Source: a virus
DNA: 48,467 bases
IMG/VR virus record: IMGVR_UViG_3300021363_000002
Coordinates: 1 to 48,467 of that record
Strand: one strand, 5' to 3'
Shown here: piece after piece, positions 19,340 to 30,002 of the stretch
How positions within the stretch are numbered: the first letter of the stretch is position 1
How the letters are laid out: every line of letters starts with the position of its first letter
Position numbers and translations under genes: made by a program
The notes under the pieces: generated by a model
Told to the model about the DNA's origin: nothing
Seen by the model: only the letters and a program-made list of their open reading frames with translations
Databases searched by the model: none

Positions 19340-20020
19340 TTACACATTAAACTGCTGAATACCATGAAGGCCACCACGTCCGGCAGCATTCACACCAGCA
19401 TCGATTTCTGCATCGATTTCCAGCACCTTCACGGCATCAGGTGTCGTAGTCGGCACATATGTACCGCGTGGATCACCTGTCGTGGTAGTTTGCGGATCAG
19501 TTAATACTGGTGCAGCAAGTGTACCTGCGGCTGCAACAACTTGATCCACATACTCACGATAGACTGCTCTCGTCTTCCATGGGAGGCCGAACTTGGTCCC
19601 CCATCCAAGGTTGATTGTCGTACCAGCCGTCAGGCCAGCCGTGACACGATCGATGTACTTGAAAGCTTTCAGGCCAACTACAGGAGTTGTACCATTCAGG
19701 GTGAAACTTTCACGCATCGGTTGACCAAGGTAATCTCTACCTATCACCGTAACGTTACTTGTTGCAGCACCGGAAGCCACCACGGTCAAATTACGTCCGA
19801 ATGGCCCCATTTTAGCGTTCGTATATAGTACATTGAATGTAGTCGTGTCAACGGCAGCAGCAATAGACTGTGCCGACAATATACCAGTAGCAAGAACATC
19901 AGGAGGAGCACCGAAGCTTATCCTTGTCTTGCGTAGCTGACCGAGATCACTCCCAGCCTGCATCGAAGGGACGTAGTAATTGAACCCTTCGATGAAGTTT
20001 CCTCTAACTTGTGATGCCAT
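19340..20020 (-). CDS. structural protein (capsid-associated?), 226 aa
   Basis: ATG 20020 is preceded by GGAGA. The track start at 20032 is TTG. Confidence 0.4.
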   Translation of the reverse strand: MASQVRGNFIEGFNYYVPSMQAGSDLGQLRKTRISFGAPPDVLATGILSAQSIAAAVDTTTFNVLYTNAKMGPFGRNLTVVASGAATSNVTVIGRDYLGQPMRESFTLNGTTPVVGLKAFKYIDRVTAGLTAGTTINLGWGTKFGLPWKTRAVYREYVDQVVAAAGTLAAPVLTDPQTTTTGDPRGTYVPTTTPDAVKVLEIDAEIDAGVNAAGRGGLHGIQQFNV

Positions 20021-20402
20021 CTTCGTCTCCAACGGTCACAGGACCGTGACGGCGTTGACAGGCTTTGATAACCTGTTGTTCCATCTCGGCCCAAGCGACT
20101 TTTCGTTGCTTGTCATCCATTGCGAACTTATACCTACCGACTGGAGTCTTGGTATCGTTCACAGTCTCAAAGCTAATTATAGTCGGTTGTTTGTCAAAAC
20201 CGTGATGAAGAAGCTGCTTGTGCGTCAGGTGGTAACTCGTGCCATTTGGCATATAGACAATGTAACCAGCTGCTTCTTTCTCCAAGCTAGTCTCAATCTT
20301 CTTCTTCACGATCTTGTGCTTCGGCCGATTAAAGTTGCCTTTGATCGGACGGACCACGAACGCCAATCGTGGTCCTTTCATACCTTCACTATTCAGTGCC
20401 AT
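20004..20402 (-). CDS. hypothetical structural-module protein
   Basis: Track ORF immediately after the capsid gene. Confidence 0.45.
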   Translation of the reverse strand: MALNSEGMKGPRLAFVVRPIKGNFNRPKHKIVKKKIETSLEKEAAGYIVYMPNGTSYHLTHKQLLHHGFDKQPTIISFETVNDTKTPVGRYKFAMDDKQRKVAWAEMEQQVIKACQRRHGPVTVGDEDGITS

Positions 20403-20410
20403 TGTTCACC

Positions 20411-21364
20411 TTATGTGTTGGTGCCGTAGGCGTGGGTACGATAGTTCTTCCAGCTGCAAAGCTGGTATTCCATGATGTACCGTCTACCTATAGCGTCTTG
20501 GTTCCATGGCGCCACGAGTTTCTTCACCTTCATGTTAGCTGACGATAGTACATGAATACACATATACTGATCATCCACGAAGTAGAAGTCATCAGGTGCC
20601 ATTGCTTCATCGTAGATCATTGGAATGCCCTGATGGGTCGTCCCTTTAATCCCGAGGTTGATAAGCTGCTTTCCAAAGCCAGATGCACCAAGACTAATCT
20701 GTGTCTTGTCACGAGCAGCCGCACGATGCAGCCTGAAGATATTTCGTCCCACGAAGATGACATTGGGGCTTTCGTCATCGTGAGTGAGGTCGAGGAGAAT
20801 ATCATCAAACGCTTCTTCGATGTTGTTCTCGTCGAGGCCACCATCGAAGTCATACGCCGACGGACGGAACATCATCTCATTTGCGAGGTTCAGACCGCCA
20901 ATCGTACCACTTGTCGGATCAGCAGGAAGGAGATTAGGCAGACCATTCGGGTCAGAGCCGGTATTCAGGCTAGCTGCCTTGGTCCGCTGGAACTTCTTCA
21001 CAGCTTGTTCGAGAGCAGTGATCTTGCCCTCAAGGATTTTGATGATCACCGCGTCACCTTGGTTTTCATCACTTTCCTGTTCAGACATAATCAGTGTGCC
21101 AACCATGCGAGTCATGTTGTACAGCACTGTGTCGAATTCCGACGTTTCATCTACAGGTACTGTATCGTAGTACGTTGCAGTCGTAACGTTCGGATTTGAG
21201 CCGGTGATCAGCGGATTTTCGATTTCGGGTCCGCCATCTTCCATCTTAATCTTACCCTTAGCGGCGAGGTAGGTATAGATGCCGCCAGAGAGGGTAGCCG
21301 CAAGGATAAGCTTCTTGCGACTACGGTTAGCCATCGCATGTGCGATTGTTTCAGGAGTAGCCAT
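20411..21364 (-). CDS. major capsid protein
   Basis: 317 aa gene directly after the scaffold and portal genes; called on size and position. Confidence 0.6.
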   Translation of the reverse strand: MATPETIAHAMANRSRKKLILAATLSGGIYTYLAAKGKIKMEDGGPEIENPLITGSNPNVTTATYYDTVPVDETSEFDTVLYNMTRMVGTLIMSEQESDENQGDAVIIKILEGKITALEQAVKKFQRTKAASLNTGSDPNGLPNLLPADPTSGTIGGLNLANEMMFRPSAYDFDGGLDENNIEEAFDDILLDLTHDDESPNVIFVGRNIFRLHRAAARDKTQISLGASGFGKQLINLGIKGTTHQGIPMIYDEAMAPDDFYFVDDQYMCIHVLSSANMKVKKLVAPWNQDAIGRRYIMEYQLCSWKNYRTHAYGTNT

Positions 21365-22453
21365 TTATCTTTCCAGTGCATTAAGGTCGCGTAACAAATC
21401 GCGACCGATCTGGCTAAAACTCTGCGAAGGGTCTACAGATTTGAGTGACAGCTTTTTACCTCTGTCAGCTACAACACCTGTAGCACGGTTCGAGTTCCTA
21501 GGAAATGTTCTTCCGGGAGGGCGTTGACCCTCATCTGCACCGTTGGACTGCTGTTGCTGACCACGTTGCTTCGCATGAAGCAATAGCTGATACCATATCT
21601 CGTCATACGTCATCACTGGAAAGCGTCTCTTCGCTTCTGCAAGCGCTCCTACATACTGCCTTGCACTCGGATGCCGTTCGAGAAATGCGTTCGCTATCTC
21701 TGCTGCCTTGTCCTCTTCGGACTTCTCTTTGGGTCGCTTCGCCTCCTGTATGGCAACAACGTGCTCTGCTACAGTCTTGGCGTCTAACGGACCCGTAACG
21801 CCAATTTCAGACAAATCTGTGCCACCTAGGTGCAGCATTGTCAATATCTTCCTGACACCAGCCTTCGGGTCAAGCTTGATCAACGCATGTACTTCGGCAG
21901 CAGTCTTTGCCTCGTCTTCGGACAAGCCGACGCTCTCAGCAAAGTTCTTGGTAGCCTTCAGTTCATTATATCTTTTGAGAAGTAACTTCGCAGCGGAGAC
22001 AGTCTCCTGAAAGTCCTGCGATATCTTCTCGACCTTACCACGTTCTGTATTATAAGCTTTCTTGATCTTGACGAACAGATCACGCTGCTTACCCTTACGG
22101 ACAACGATGTTCCCATCTTTGTCGATGAAATTCCCTTCACGATCCTGCTTGAACTTGAACTGTTCATTCTTACGCGTGTCATCGTCAACTACAGGTGCTG
22201 TAGCTAATTCGTCTTCATTATCATCTACATCATCATCGCCTGTATCGTCGTCACGAACTTCCTCTGGCGGTTCATTATCATCAACGTCATCCTCGAAGAT
22301 GCTCTCTTCATTGGCACCAGTTCGCAGATCATCGTCATCCGCATCGTCTGGATCAGCGAAGTTCTTCAGAATGTCGTTATGAGCACTCTCTGTCTCATTT
22401 AATTGCCGTTGGGGGCGCTGCGGGGGGTTGTTGTTGTCCTGTTGGCGGGCCAC
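21365..22453 (-). CDS. scaffolding protein
   Basis: Extremely acidic N-terminus (DDADDDD..DDVDDNE..) plus long helical Lys/Glu region, between portal and capsid. GTG start with a GGAG 9 nt upstream. Confidence 0.6.
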   Translation of the reverse strand: MARQQDNNNPPQRPQRQLNETESAHNDILKNFADPDDADDDDLRTGANEESIFEDDVDDNEPPEEVRDDDTGDDDVDDNEDELATAPVVDDDTRKNEQFKFKQDREGNFIDKDGNIVVRKGKQRDLFVKIKKAYNTERGKVEKISQDFQETVSAAKLLLKRYNELKATKNFAESVGLSEDEAKTAAEVHALIKLDPKAGVRKILTMLHLGGTDLSEIGVTGPLDAKTVAEHVVAIQEAKRPKEKSEEDKAAEIANAFLERHPSARQYVGALAEAKRRFPVMTYDEIWYQLLLHAKQRGQQQQSNGADEGQRPPGRTFPRNSNRATGVVADRGKKLSLKSVDPSQSFSQIGRDLLRDLNALER

Positions 22454-24398
22454 TTGTGCTTACTCCTTTCGTTAGGTTCGCTGTGATCTCCGTATCGAGT
22501 GTCGCCCAATCTTCCTTCTTCACCAGAAGGTTGCTAAAGGCCGCCTCAAACATACGAAGCATCAGTTTCATGGTAGTACCGGGTGCAGCTTGACCAACCT
22601 GACCAAGTGCTTGTGCAATTGTCAAAGCCTCCTTCTTCTTAAACTCAGAGCTTGGCTTCTCTATACTACCGGCTGCTAACTCCATCCGGTATTTCTGGTT
22701 GAACTCTATCACAGACATGGGTTCAAAACCCTCTGCCTTAATTGGTCCAACGATTTCTGTTATCTCTTCCTTGCTGTACTTCGATACAAGCACTTCGCTA
22801 ATTGCCCAACCAAGGGCTTCAAATGCTTCTTCGATGACATCAATGAGGACGCCAGTCGTTTCTTGTCTATTGTTCTGGTAATACTGTACCTGCTCATTGG
22901 TGGTATTTGTTTTAAACTGTTCACCTTTTTCTATCGCTCCAACTGATGCAGCACGATCAATAGTTGCACGTAGCTGCGTGGTGTCGAATACTTCCTTATG
23001 TTCAAACGCCGGTGGGACCAATGCTTCAAGGATTTCGGATATCTTCCTCCCCTCTGCATCGTCTGCAATGCCAAACGCACGAACCATGTTCGGGTTTCTC
23101 AAGTGCCGAACTAGCTTGTTCACTTCCTTGACATCAACACTCTTACGATTGAACACAAGTGTATTGAATATTGTATTCCTTATCTGTGCAGCTTTTCTGT
23201 TAACCTGATTGATCTGGTTCACTTGCCCAATGTAATATGATATCTCACCGGGCTGAACGACTCCCTCGATGGGCTCCCCAAAGGAGATAATGAAATGCCT
23301 GAAGAACCGCGACAAGCCCATATCGTCATCTTCAACCCACAGTGGATGCGTCCAGTCTTCAGTATTGAACAGACTGATCCTGCGAAGCAGCTTATCGTAG
23401 AAGTATACACAGAGAACGGTATCCTTCTTCTTCAACTCTCGTTGCTCCTGCGTCATCGTGTTCATGACTGTATCAACGATGTTTGTTTCAATAGCTTTTA
23501 TGCCATCCTCATCAGCTACAACTTCTGTAGTTGCTTTAGGATGTGACCTCATCCTATATGTACCGTCACGCTTCTTCTCATAGTATGTCTGAAGCATGTA
23601 CGTGCGATCCATGTCGAAGTCTTCCATTAGCCATGGAGCATCACACAGATCGATGAAGTTACAGCCTACAGGAACCCATACCCTATGAGGCATAACATTA
23701 GTCATAGATAAACCCTTTGCCTCTGAAAGCGGCAACTGTTTATGCAGCCTCTCCAAGTGTGCATAGATGTCCTTAACATCCTGAGGGTTCTTAGCCGTAC
23801 GCAGCTTGTCTTCCAGTTTGTGCAACTCATCAACTGCCTGTTGCTGACTCCCCTCATGTTTCTGATAGTCCAATCGGATGACGCCGAAGTTCGTCAACTG
23901 ACCGTGCAATATCCATTTGCGAGCCTTCATCTTCATGTTCAAGCCGGGATAGGTCTGCTTATTCAACATGTAGTCTATGAGATATTCCAAGCTTTCGGCA
24001 AGTAAGTCCTGCGTAACGTCGGTAAACTCGATATGTGGGTTCTGCATATACGTTGAACGCATGATGGTTCGAACGTTGTTGCGTATGATGTTCTCATCAG
24101 CCTCGTTCTCAAGATGGAATTTGTATTCGGTATCGTCATCAAGACGAAGCCCTTCATCCCCACACTGGCGATAGAGTTCAAAGGCTCTGTCCCATTTCTG
24201 GTGATCAACACGATATGCTTCCCGTGTCTCATCGAAGAGCTTATGAACATATTTACCGAAGCTCTTCGGTACAGGTATCGACATACCCTTGGCAGGTAGA
24301 TAACTTGCTTCATCATCCGCCTCAACTACAGCAGCTGTATCTGGTTCGTTATCGTTCTCTAGGACAGTATCGAGAACTTGTTGCTGAGGGTTAGCCAT
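22395..24398 (-). CDS. portal protein
   Basis: 667 aa gene overlapping the TerL stop by 8 nt; called on position. Confidence 0.7.
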   Translation of the reverse strand: MANPQQQVLDTVLENDNEPDTAAVVEADDEASYLPAKGMSIPVPKSFGKYVHKLFDETREAYRVDHQKWDRAFELYRQCGDEGLRLDDDTEYKFHLENEADENIIRNNVRTIMRSTYMQNPHIEFTDVTQDLLAESLEYLIDYMLNKQTYPGLNMKMKARKWILHGQLTNFGVIRLDYQKHEGSQQQAVDELHKLEDKLRTAKNPQDVKDIYAHLERLHKQLPLSEAKGLSMTNVMPHRVWVPVGCNFIDLCDAPWLMEDFDMDRTYMLQTYYEKKRDGTYRMRSHPKATTEVVADEDGIKAIETNIVDTVMNTMTQEQRELKKKDTVLCVYFYDKLLRRISLFNTEDWTHPLWVEDDDMGLSRFFRHFIISFGEPIEGVVQPGEISYYIGQVNQINQVNRKAAQIRNTIFNTLVFNRKSVDVKEVNKLVRHLRNPNMVRAFGIADDAEGRKISEILEALVPPAFEHKEVFDTTQLRATIDRAASVGAIEKGEQFKTNTTNEQVQYYQNNRQETTGVLIDVIEEAFEALGWAISEVLVSKYSKEEITEIVGPIKAEGFEPMSVIEFNQKYRMELAAGSIEKPSSEFKKKEALTIAQALGQVGQAAPGTTMKLMLRMFEAAFSNLLVKKEDWATLDTEITANLTKGVSTSGPPTGQQQPPAAPPTAIK

Positions 24399-25902
24399 GT
24401 CTGTCTCTTTCGTCTATCTCTTGCCACTTCATCCACTCAGGGATGCTCTTAGGCTTCATGAAGTGTAAAGAAGATGCCTCTGGCAGTTTAGATACTCCAT
24501 ATTTCAGAGCATCCATAGCGTGATCATTACCATCTTTAGGCTCGTCTAATCTCTCACCTTCGGTACTTACCTTCCAGAAGTACGCGACAATCTCATCTTC
24601 AAACCATGTCAGTTCAGAGTTAATGTAGATCATCGGCCCCTCTTTTTCTTCTGGTTTGTAATGCATACCGACCCGTGGGATGATATACTCTGTAACCTTT
24701 GTAATCCCTTGCAATTTATCGTTCTGCCCCGCTCTAATCGATAGCCCCTCAAACTTAGACATGAGTAGCCGTGCAATGGTATCCGTCCCCTTACCTGTGC
24801 CATTAACAACGGTTCGCTTAAAGATAACTGGATCGGCCCATATAGGATTTGTGAAGTCGATAACATGATCATACTTCTCCCTACGGATGGCTATGGCATC
24901 TACAATGTCATCCATAGACATGTGAGCCTTATAGAAACCATCTACGATAAAGACACGACCCATATGGTCAGTAAAGCCAAGCATATAACACGAAGGGTTA
25001 ACCATGCCAAAATCAAAGCATTCAAAGTTCTCTACTGTCTCATGATGATTAAATATATCTTCGAGTACCTCTTCGATATCCTTACGAGGTACCATATGCA
25101 TAGGTGCAGAGAAATCAGGATATATTAAACCTTCATAGGCTGCCCACTCACCCATCAGGAAGCGAGAACGCATCTGGCCTTTATAGCTAGCCTCTAGACC
25201 TTGAATGAAGTCCTCTTCTAGGTTGTGAGCATTCTCATACGTAGAACCTTCAAAGACCTCCATTAGAGGCTCTAGAGTAACAGGATTATGTATCAAGTCT
25301 TCTGTTACAAGACCTGTAGCTCGCCAGCGATGGTAAGGTTTGATTAGTTTCTTATAGAACCAGTTGGCTGTCGGATTGGCAGTTAACATCATCCAACGAG
25401 GGCCACTCATTGGGAAAGAAGGGTCACTACCTTTGTAAGGTGTTGATCCACGGAGACGACCGAGTAAGTCCAACATGTCTTTATGTTGGATTTGTGGGTC
25501 TTCCATCTGGTCAACGATGACCCAATCATAGGTTGCGGATAGTAGGTTAGATGTGACTTGCCCATCAACTGATTGCTTACCCCTTTGTGAGATATATCTG
25601 AAGTTAACAGTCGAGCCGTTCTTGAAGATGAGCGTGTTGTCGTCTTTCGTAGGCCACCTTTTAACCGCATCAATGGGGCACCATTTATAGAATTCGCGAC
25701 GAATGGTATCGTTGAGTTTCGGATACGTTTCACGGGCGATCAATCCATTACAGCCGGGGTAGTCCTTGCATAGCTGTAGAGCCTTGATGCATACGGCGGC
25801 TGTCTTACCGTTGCCAAAGCCTCCAGCGATCACTTGCAGCTTCTTCGTACAGCGAAGAAACTGATGATGCATATTCCCTTCAATGATATTGTATCTAGGC
25901 AT
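24391..25902 (-). CDS. terL: terminase large subunit
   Basis: Walker A GGFGNGKT and Walker B DWVIVDQMED; 503 aa, with room for a C-terminal nuclease domain. Confidence 0.85.
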   Translation of the reverse strand: MPRYNIIEGNMHHQFLRCTKKLQVIAGGFGNGKTAAVCIKALQLCKDYPGCNGLIARETYPKLNDTIRREFYKWCPIDAVKRWPTKDDNTLIFKNGSTVNFRYISQRGKQSVDGQVTSNLLSATYDWVIVDQMEDPQIQHKDMLDLLGRLRGSTPYKGSDPSFPMSGPRWMMLTANPTANWFYKKLIKPYHRWRATGLVTEDLIHNPVTLEPLMEVFEGSTYENAHNLEEDFIQGLEASYKGQMRSRFLMGEWAAYEGLIYPDFSAPMHMVPRKDIEEVLEDIFNHHETVENFECFDFGMVNPSCYMLGFTDHMGRVFIVDGFYKAHMSMDDIVDAIAIRREKYDHVIDFTNPIWADPVIFKRTVVNGTGKGTDTIARLLMSKFEGLSIRAGQNDKLQGITKVTEYIIPRVGMHYKPEEKEGPMIYINSELTWFEDEIVAYFWKVSTEGERLDEPKDGNDHAMDALKYGVSKLPEASSLHFMKPKSIPEWMKWQEIDERDRHG

Positions 25903-27410
25903 TAACGGCGGTTCCTACGAGTATGACGCTGCCAATCGTTGATGATCGGCACGCCTCCTCCACCTCCGCTAACATTAGCCACAGCAGATGCAAAGAACTG
26001 ACTGTTATTCGTGAATTTATGTCCGTCGATCGTCTGAAGCAAACTAGCTACAACTGCTGTAGCGAAAGTCTGTGCATTCGTGAATTTAACACCACTGATG
26101 TTGGCTACGCCTCGACCGATAGTTGCCACACCAAATGCCTGTGAGTTTGTAAACTTTGTACCAATGATTGCGCTGGCACCAGATGAAACGACTGCAACCT
26201 TAAAGCTCTGTAGATTAGTAAACTTGACACCGCTTATACTATACGTTGACCTTAATATAGCTGTCCCACTCGCATTAGGATTATTGAACTTAACACCAAG
26301 TATACGAGCGATACTAGAGATACTAGCAGCACCAAACGTGGTTGCGTTGTTAAATCGAACAGCAGCGATATTAACGCTACCACGACCCACGATAGCAGCC
26401 CCAAATGTATTATTGTTAGTATACTTAACGCCAGTAACATTTCGAACTCCTCTGCCAATGGTGGCTACACCAAAGGTCTGGTTGTTAGTAAACTTAGTCC
26501 CTACAATGTTGAGACTAAGTTTCGCAACACCGAATGACTGCAAATTGGTGAATTTCACACCTGTTATATTAACTGCCCCACGTCCAACGGTAGCAACACC
26601 GAATGTCTGTGTATTATTATACTTAACTCCAGTGATGTTCTGTGTAGTAACAGTTGGAACTATAAAATCAGCATCAAGCCAACCTCGGAGTGAGGCATCA
26701 CTGCCCCACCACTCCTTGATCTGTGTAGTCTCACTAATCCATCCGCTCTCATCATCCGCAGGTTGAACTATGGGCTTCATAATTATCGGATTAGCAGCCA
26801 TAAAGCATGTCGCTACTATACCCCAAACACCTGCAGGAGATTGTGTATAAGCTACAGCCTGTGTAGCCCTCTTCCCTTGAATAAGATACTCAGCATAGTT
26901 CCCGTTAGCAATTGTACCAACGCCAGTCCAAGGACTGTCTGCGGATGTTATAGAACCAGCACAAGTATTAAAAAGTATCTCACCATCAGCATTAGGAGAC
27001 AGTGTCGGGTCATTTATGTTTGTTTGTGAGGCAGCATTATTATGCGCCCCCTCCGTATCAACTACAGAGGAGAACCTTTCCGCACCCGAGAATTCTGCTG
27101 CATTCACAGTAGTATCCGTAGATGCACTAAGTGTTACTGTGATGGTTTTGCTCGCGTTTGGCGGTGCATCCTGCAAGTAGAAATTATACATCCTTGCAAA
27201 TGGATCAAGTGTTACTGGAGACAATGGAGTGGGCTTATAAACGTTCCCGGCACTGTCAGCCACAGTGGCAGTTATTGTAACACCGCCATGAACTACGCCA
27301 ACAACTACAAGACTTCCCCTTGTAGGATTGTTGGTGAGAACAACATTTACGCTAGCGCCAGCTCCATTAAATGCACTGGCAGTTTGGCCGGGAACGAGAG
27401 CAGCAGTCAT
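25902..27410 (-). CDS. tail fibre-like protein with about 10 tandem repeats of about 22 aa (..GVKFTNxQxFGVA..)
   Basis: Repeats read directly from the translation: NITGVKYNNTQTFGVATVGRGAV, NITGVKFTNLQSFGVAKLSL, NIVGTKFTNNQTFGVATIGRGVR and so on. Confidence 0.5.
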   Translation of the reverse strand: MTAALVPGQTASAFNGAGASVNVVLTNNPTRGSLVVVGVVHGGVTITATVADSAGNVYKPTPLSPVTLDPFARMYNFYLQDAPPNASKTITVTLSASTDTTVNAAEFSGAERFSSVVDTEGAHNNAASQTNINDPTLSPNADGEILFNTCAGSITSADSPWTGVGTIANGNYAEYLIQGKRATQAVAYTQSPAGVWGIVATCFMAANPIIMKPIVQPADDESGWISETTQIKEWWGSDASLRGWLDADFIVPTVTTQNITGVKYNNTQTFGVATVGRGAVNITGVKFTNLQSFGVAKLSLNIVGTKFTNNQTFGVATIGRGVRNVTGVKYTNNNTFGAAIVGRGSVNIAAVRFNNATTFGAASISSIARILGVKFNNPNASGTAILRSTYSISGVKFTNLQSFKVAVVSSGASAIIGTKFTNSQAFGVATIGRGVANISGVKFTNAQTFATAVVASLLQTIDGHKFTNNSQFFASAVANVSGGGGGVPIINDWQRHTRRNRR

Positions 27411-27704
27411 TTACCCAATCTTCTTTCCGTCGTCTTTCCAATTTGCACGATTGGAGCGATCTGTAGGAATATCTGCAAAGTCGATAAGACGATACTTCGT
27501 TGGCTTTGCTTTCGAGCCAGCGTAAGTCCTTTCAATCTCATCATCCACAGCTTCCTTCGACGGCTTACGAGTCCACGTACCACCAGTGTCATCCCACACT
27601 GCTCCACGTGGAAGTGTATCTGATCGGCCATCTAAGAAGAAGGACATGATTTCGAGTGAGCCATTATCAAGTGTTATGGCGATGTGTTGAACTGCATTTC
27701 CCAT
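27411..27704 (-). CDS. hypothetical protein, 97 aa
   Basis: ATG 27704 follows the upstream TAA (27706..27708) and has a GGAGA 8 nt upstream. The longer track ORF overlaps the upstream gene out of frame. Confidence 0.45.
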   Translation of the reverse strand: MGNAVQHIAITLDNGSLEIMSFFLDGRSDTLPRGAVWDDTGGTWTRKPSKEAVDDEIERTYAGSKAKPTKYRLIDFADIPTDRSNRANWKDDGKKIG

Positions 27705-27705
27705 T

Positions 27706-28473
27706 TTACTGATCTCCATATCCGGCAACGTGCCATGAGGTTGGGTCGGCGAGAAGTTGTGTAGCTGTAGCATCCACAGCGAAGACAATAACAGTAGACG
27801 CCGTTTGAGTGAATGTAGCAGAACCTCTCCACGCGGCGACAGTTGCAGCAGAGCACTCACAGTTTGTCACACAGCACCAGTTTGCACTAGAGAACGCTGT
27901 TGCGAGGGTAATAGTCGCCTGTGTAGTACCATCAGTAATGCTGGTGACATTGTAGCTGGCAAGGATGGTAGTCGAGTTGCCTGTGAACTTCACCCAAAAC
28001 TTAGCTGCGGCAGGATGCCACTTCAAGTTCGCAGGAGTGACTGCTACTACATTGCTACTTACTGCCTCCATTTCAGCCTGCGATGCGGCAGGGTATATAG
28101 AAGCTTTCACGTTGCCAGTTGCATCATAATAGGTCCACCGACCACCTTGGTCGAGAACAAGGCTCTCACCAGCAAGGAGCGTCCCCTTCCATAGTTGCTC
28201 AGCCGTAGTACCATCGAAGTGTTCAATGGTTATTAAGTTTGATGTAGTGGCATGGTTATTAAATATGTTCAGATGCCGACAGTTTCTTTGTGTAGAGGCA
28301 GCAGGCGAACCAACTACAGTAGTTGTAGTGGCCGTGGATATACTCGCAGTATTAGTACGGCCTACTGTGATTGTACCAGCATTATTATCTATCCAAGAAG
28401 CATGAGCCCTAATATCGCCTGTCGAACCTGTGATAATGCGAATAAGGTCACTAGTAGAACCAAGAATGATCAT
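27706..28473 (-). CDS. tail fibre/collar-like structural protein, 255 aa
   Basis: ATG 28473 with AAGGAA upstream (track start 28491 is TTG). Thr/Ala/Ser-rich beta-type sequence between two fibre genes. Confidence 0.4.
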   Translation of the reverse strand: MIILGSTSDLIRIITGSTGDIRAHASWIDNNAGTITVGRTNTASISTATTTTVVGSPAASTQRNCRHLNIFNNHATTSNLITIEHFDGTTAEQLWKGTLLAGESLVLDQGGRWTYYDATGNVKASIYPAASQAEMEAVSSNVVAVTPANLKWHPAAAKFWVKFTGNSTTILASYNVTSITDGTTQATITLATAFSSANWCCVTNCECSAATVAAWRGSATFTQTASTVIVFAVDATATQLLADPTSWHVAGYGDQ

Positions 28474-28484
28474 GGCTATATTCC

Positions 28485-30002
28485 TTACCAATTGTTGAAG
28501 TTAGCTGCTCGTATTCTAGAAGAAGCAGCGACGTTGCCGAAGATGTTACCCCTTGTCCTGATATAACAGTTGTTGAACGTCTTACCTGTGCAGGTGATAT
28601 CCATGTTGAGTGGCATACTGATAGCAACATCGTTCATGTCGGATACAAGGTTATCAATCAACTTATTTGTCATAGGCTCAATGTATATGCCTTGAGGCAT
28701 AGCTAAGCCATTAATCGTTCCCCCATTGATGACACGGATCATCGGAGTTGTATGAGACATTCCACCGCCTATGAATACACCAAAGTCAGCCATGGTCAGC
28801 ATAAAGACGCCTTGACCTTGGTTTAGTCCATCCACGATAACGACAGGAATACCAGCCCAAGTAACTCCTTTGTTGGTTTCAGTTCTACCACCACCACATA
28901 TCTTGATGCGACGTGAGGAAGTCCAACCATTAAGAGCAGTAAAGCCGGGCTCGAATAGGAAGTGACACTTACCAACGGCGTTCATGTAAGTGCCATTTAC
29001 TTGTACGTCTTCAACTTGGCCCTTCATAAGCATCATTGTCTGATTGCTATTCGCCATATCAGCACCAAACTGACAGTTCTCAAAGATGATAGCTGATGTA
29101 CTCTGCTGATGAGTGTTCGGCTGCGTATAAGCCCATGGAACACCCCAATAGTCAGCATTGCCCATAGTCACAGTACTCTGATGACCAGCCCAAGGACTAT
29201 CACCTTTACCACCTTGGTTCAGTTTGCAGTTCTCGTATATGCAAACCTCTGCCGCAATGTGAATAACAACGCCAACACCCCAATGGCCTTGTGACTCAAT
29301 ATTAGAGAGTGGTTTGTTAGAACCCTGTTGTGTACCACTAGAGTTACTGGACAGCAGCAATAAACAACTTGGCGTCTGAACAGCATTGCCTTGGAAGAAA
29401 CCACCATCTATGTTGAAGTTCCTGCAATTCAGTTCACTTGCTTCGAACACAGGCTTATTATTCGTCTTACAATCGATGAATTGAGGATAACGCTCGGAGA
29501 ACCGAAGCGTCATAGAGTGATGCATTCTAATAGGAGTGCTTATAACTAAACCAGCACTATTCGGAACAAAGATGTCAAAGTTACCAGCATCATATGCAGC
29601 GTTAATCTTTGCACCAAGGTCAGCACCGGGAAAGCTCAGAGCATTGACACCTAGATTGGAACCAGCACCAGATACAGGAAAGTTAACGTCTAGGAATTGC
29701 TGTGGCAGATTAGCAGGATCATCAACAATAGCAACGCTACCAACGCTACCTGATGTAGTTACATTCCTAACCTTCACACGATATGGCGGTGCAGGCGGTA
29801 TAGCTACAACACTTGTAGCAAATGACTGTTGATTAACAAACTTCGTACCAATGATGTTCTGTATTGGAGGAGGTTCACCAACCGCCGCCACCTTAAAGCT
29901 CTGTTGATTAGTGAACATGGCAGCATTGATGAACTGCGATGATGGAATGACAGCAGGCCCAACAAAGTCGGGATCAAACCAACTACGCAACAATAAATCC
30001 AT
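28485..30002 (-). CDS. tailspike with probable right-handed beta-helix (pectate-lyase-like) domain
   Basis: N-terminus shares the FTNQQSF repeat module with 25902..27410. The body has recurring xxNCxF/L rungs (YENCKL, FENCQF, NNCYI). Confidence 0.5.
   Translation of the reverse strand: MDLLLRSWFDPDFVGPAVIPSSQFINAAMFTNQQSFKVAAVGEPPPIQNIIGTKFVNQQSFATSVVAIPPAPPYRVKVRNVTTSGSVGSVAIVDDPANLPQQFLDVNFPVSGAGSNLGVNALSFPGADLGAKINAAYDAGNFDIFVPNSAGLVISTPIRMHHSMTLRFSERYPQFIDCKTNNKPVFEASELNCRNFNIDGGFFQGNAVQTPSCLLLLSSNSSGTQQGSNKPLSNIESQGHWGVGVVIHIAAEVCIYENCKLNQGGKGDSPWAGHQSTVTMGNADYWGVPWAYTQPNTHQQSTSAIIFENCQFGADMANSNQTMMLMKGQVEDVQVNGTYMNAVGKCHFLFEPGFTALNGWTSSRRIKICGGGRTETNKGVTWAGIPVVIVDGLNQGQGVFMLTMADFGVFIGGGMSHTTPMIRVINGGTINGLAMPQGIYIEPMTNKLIDNLVSDMNDVAISMPLNMDITCTGKTFNNCYIRTRGNIFGNVAASSRIRAANFNNW

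Noticed and set aside
27706-27860. Out-of-frame overlap of track ORFs 27411..27860 and 27706..28491
   Set aside because: The overlap is resolved by using the internal ATG at 27704 (GGAGA RBS, just after the upstream TAA). No evidence of a programmed frameshift was seen.
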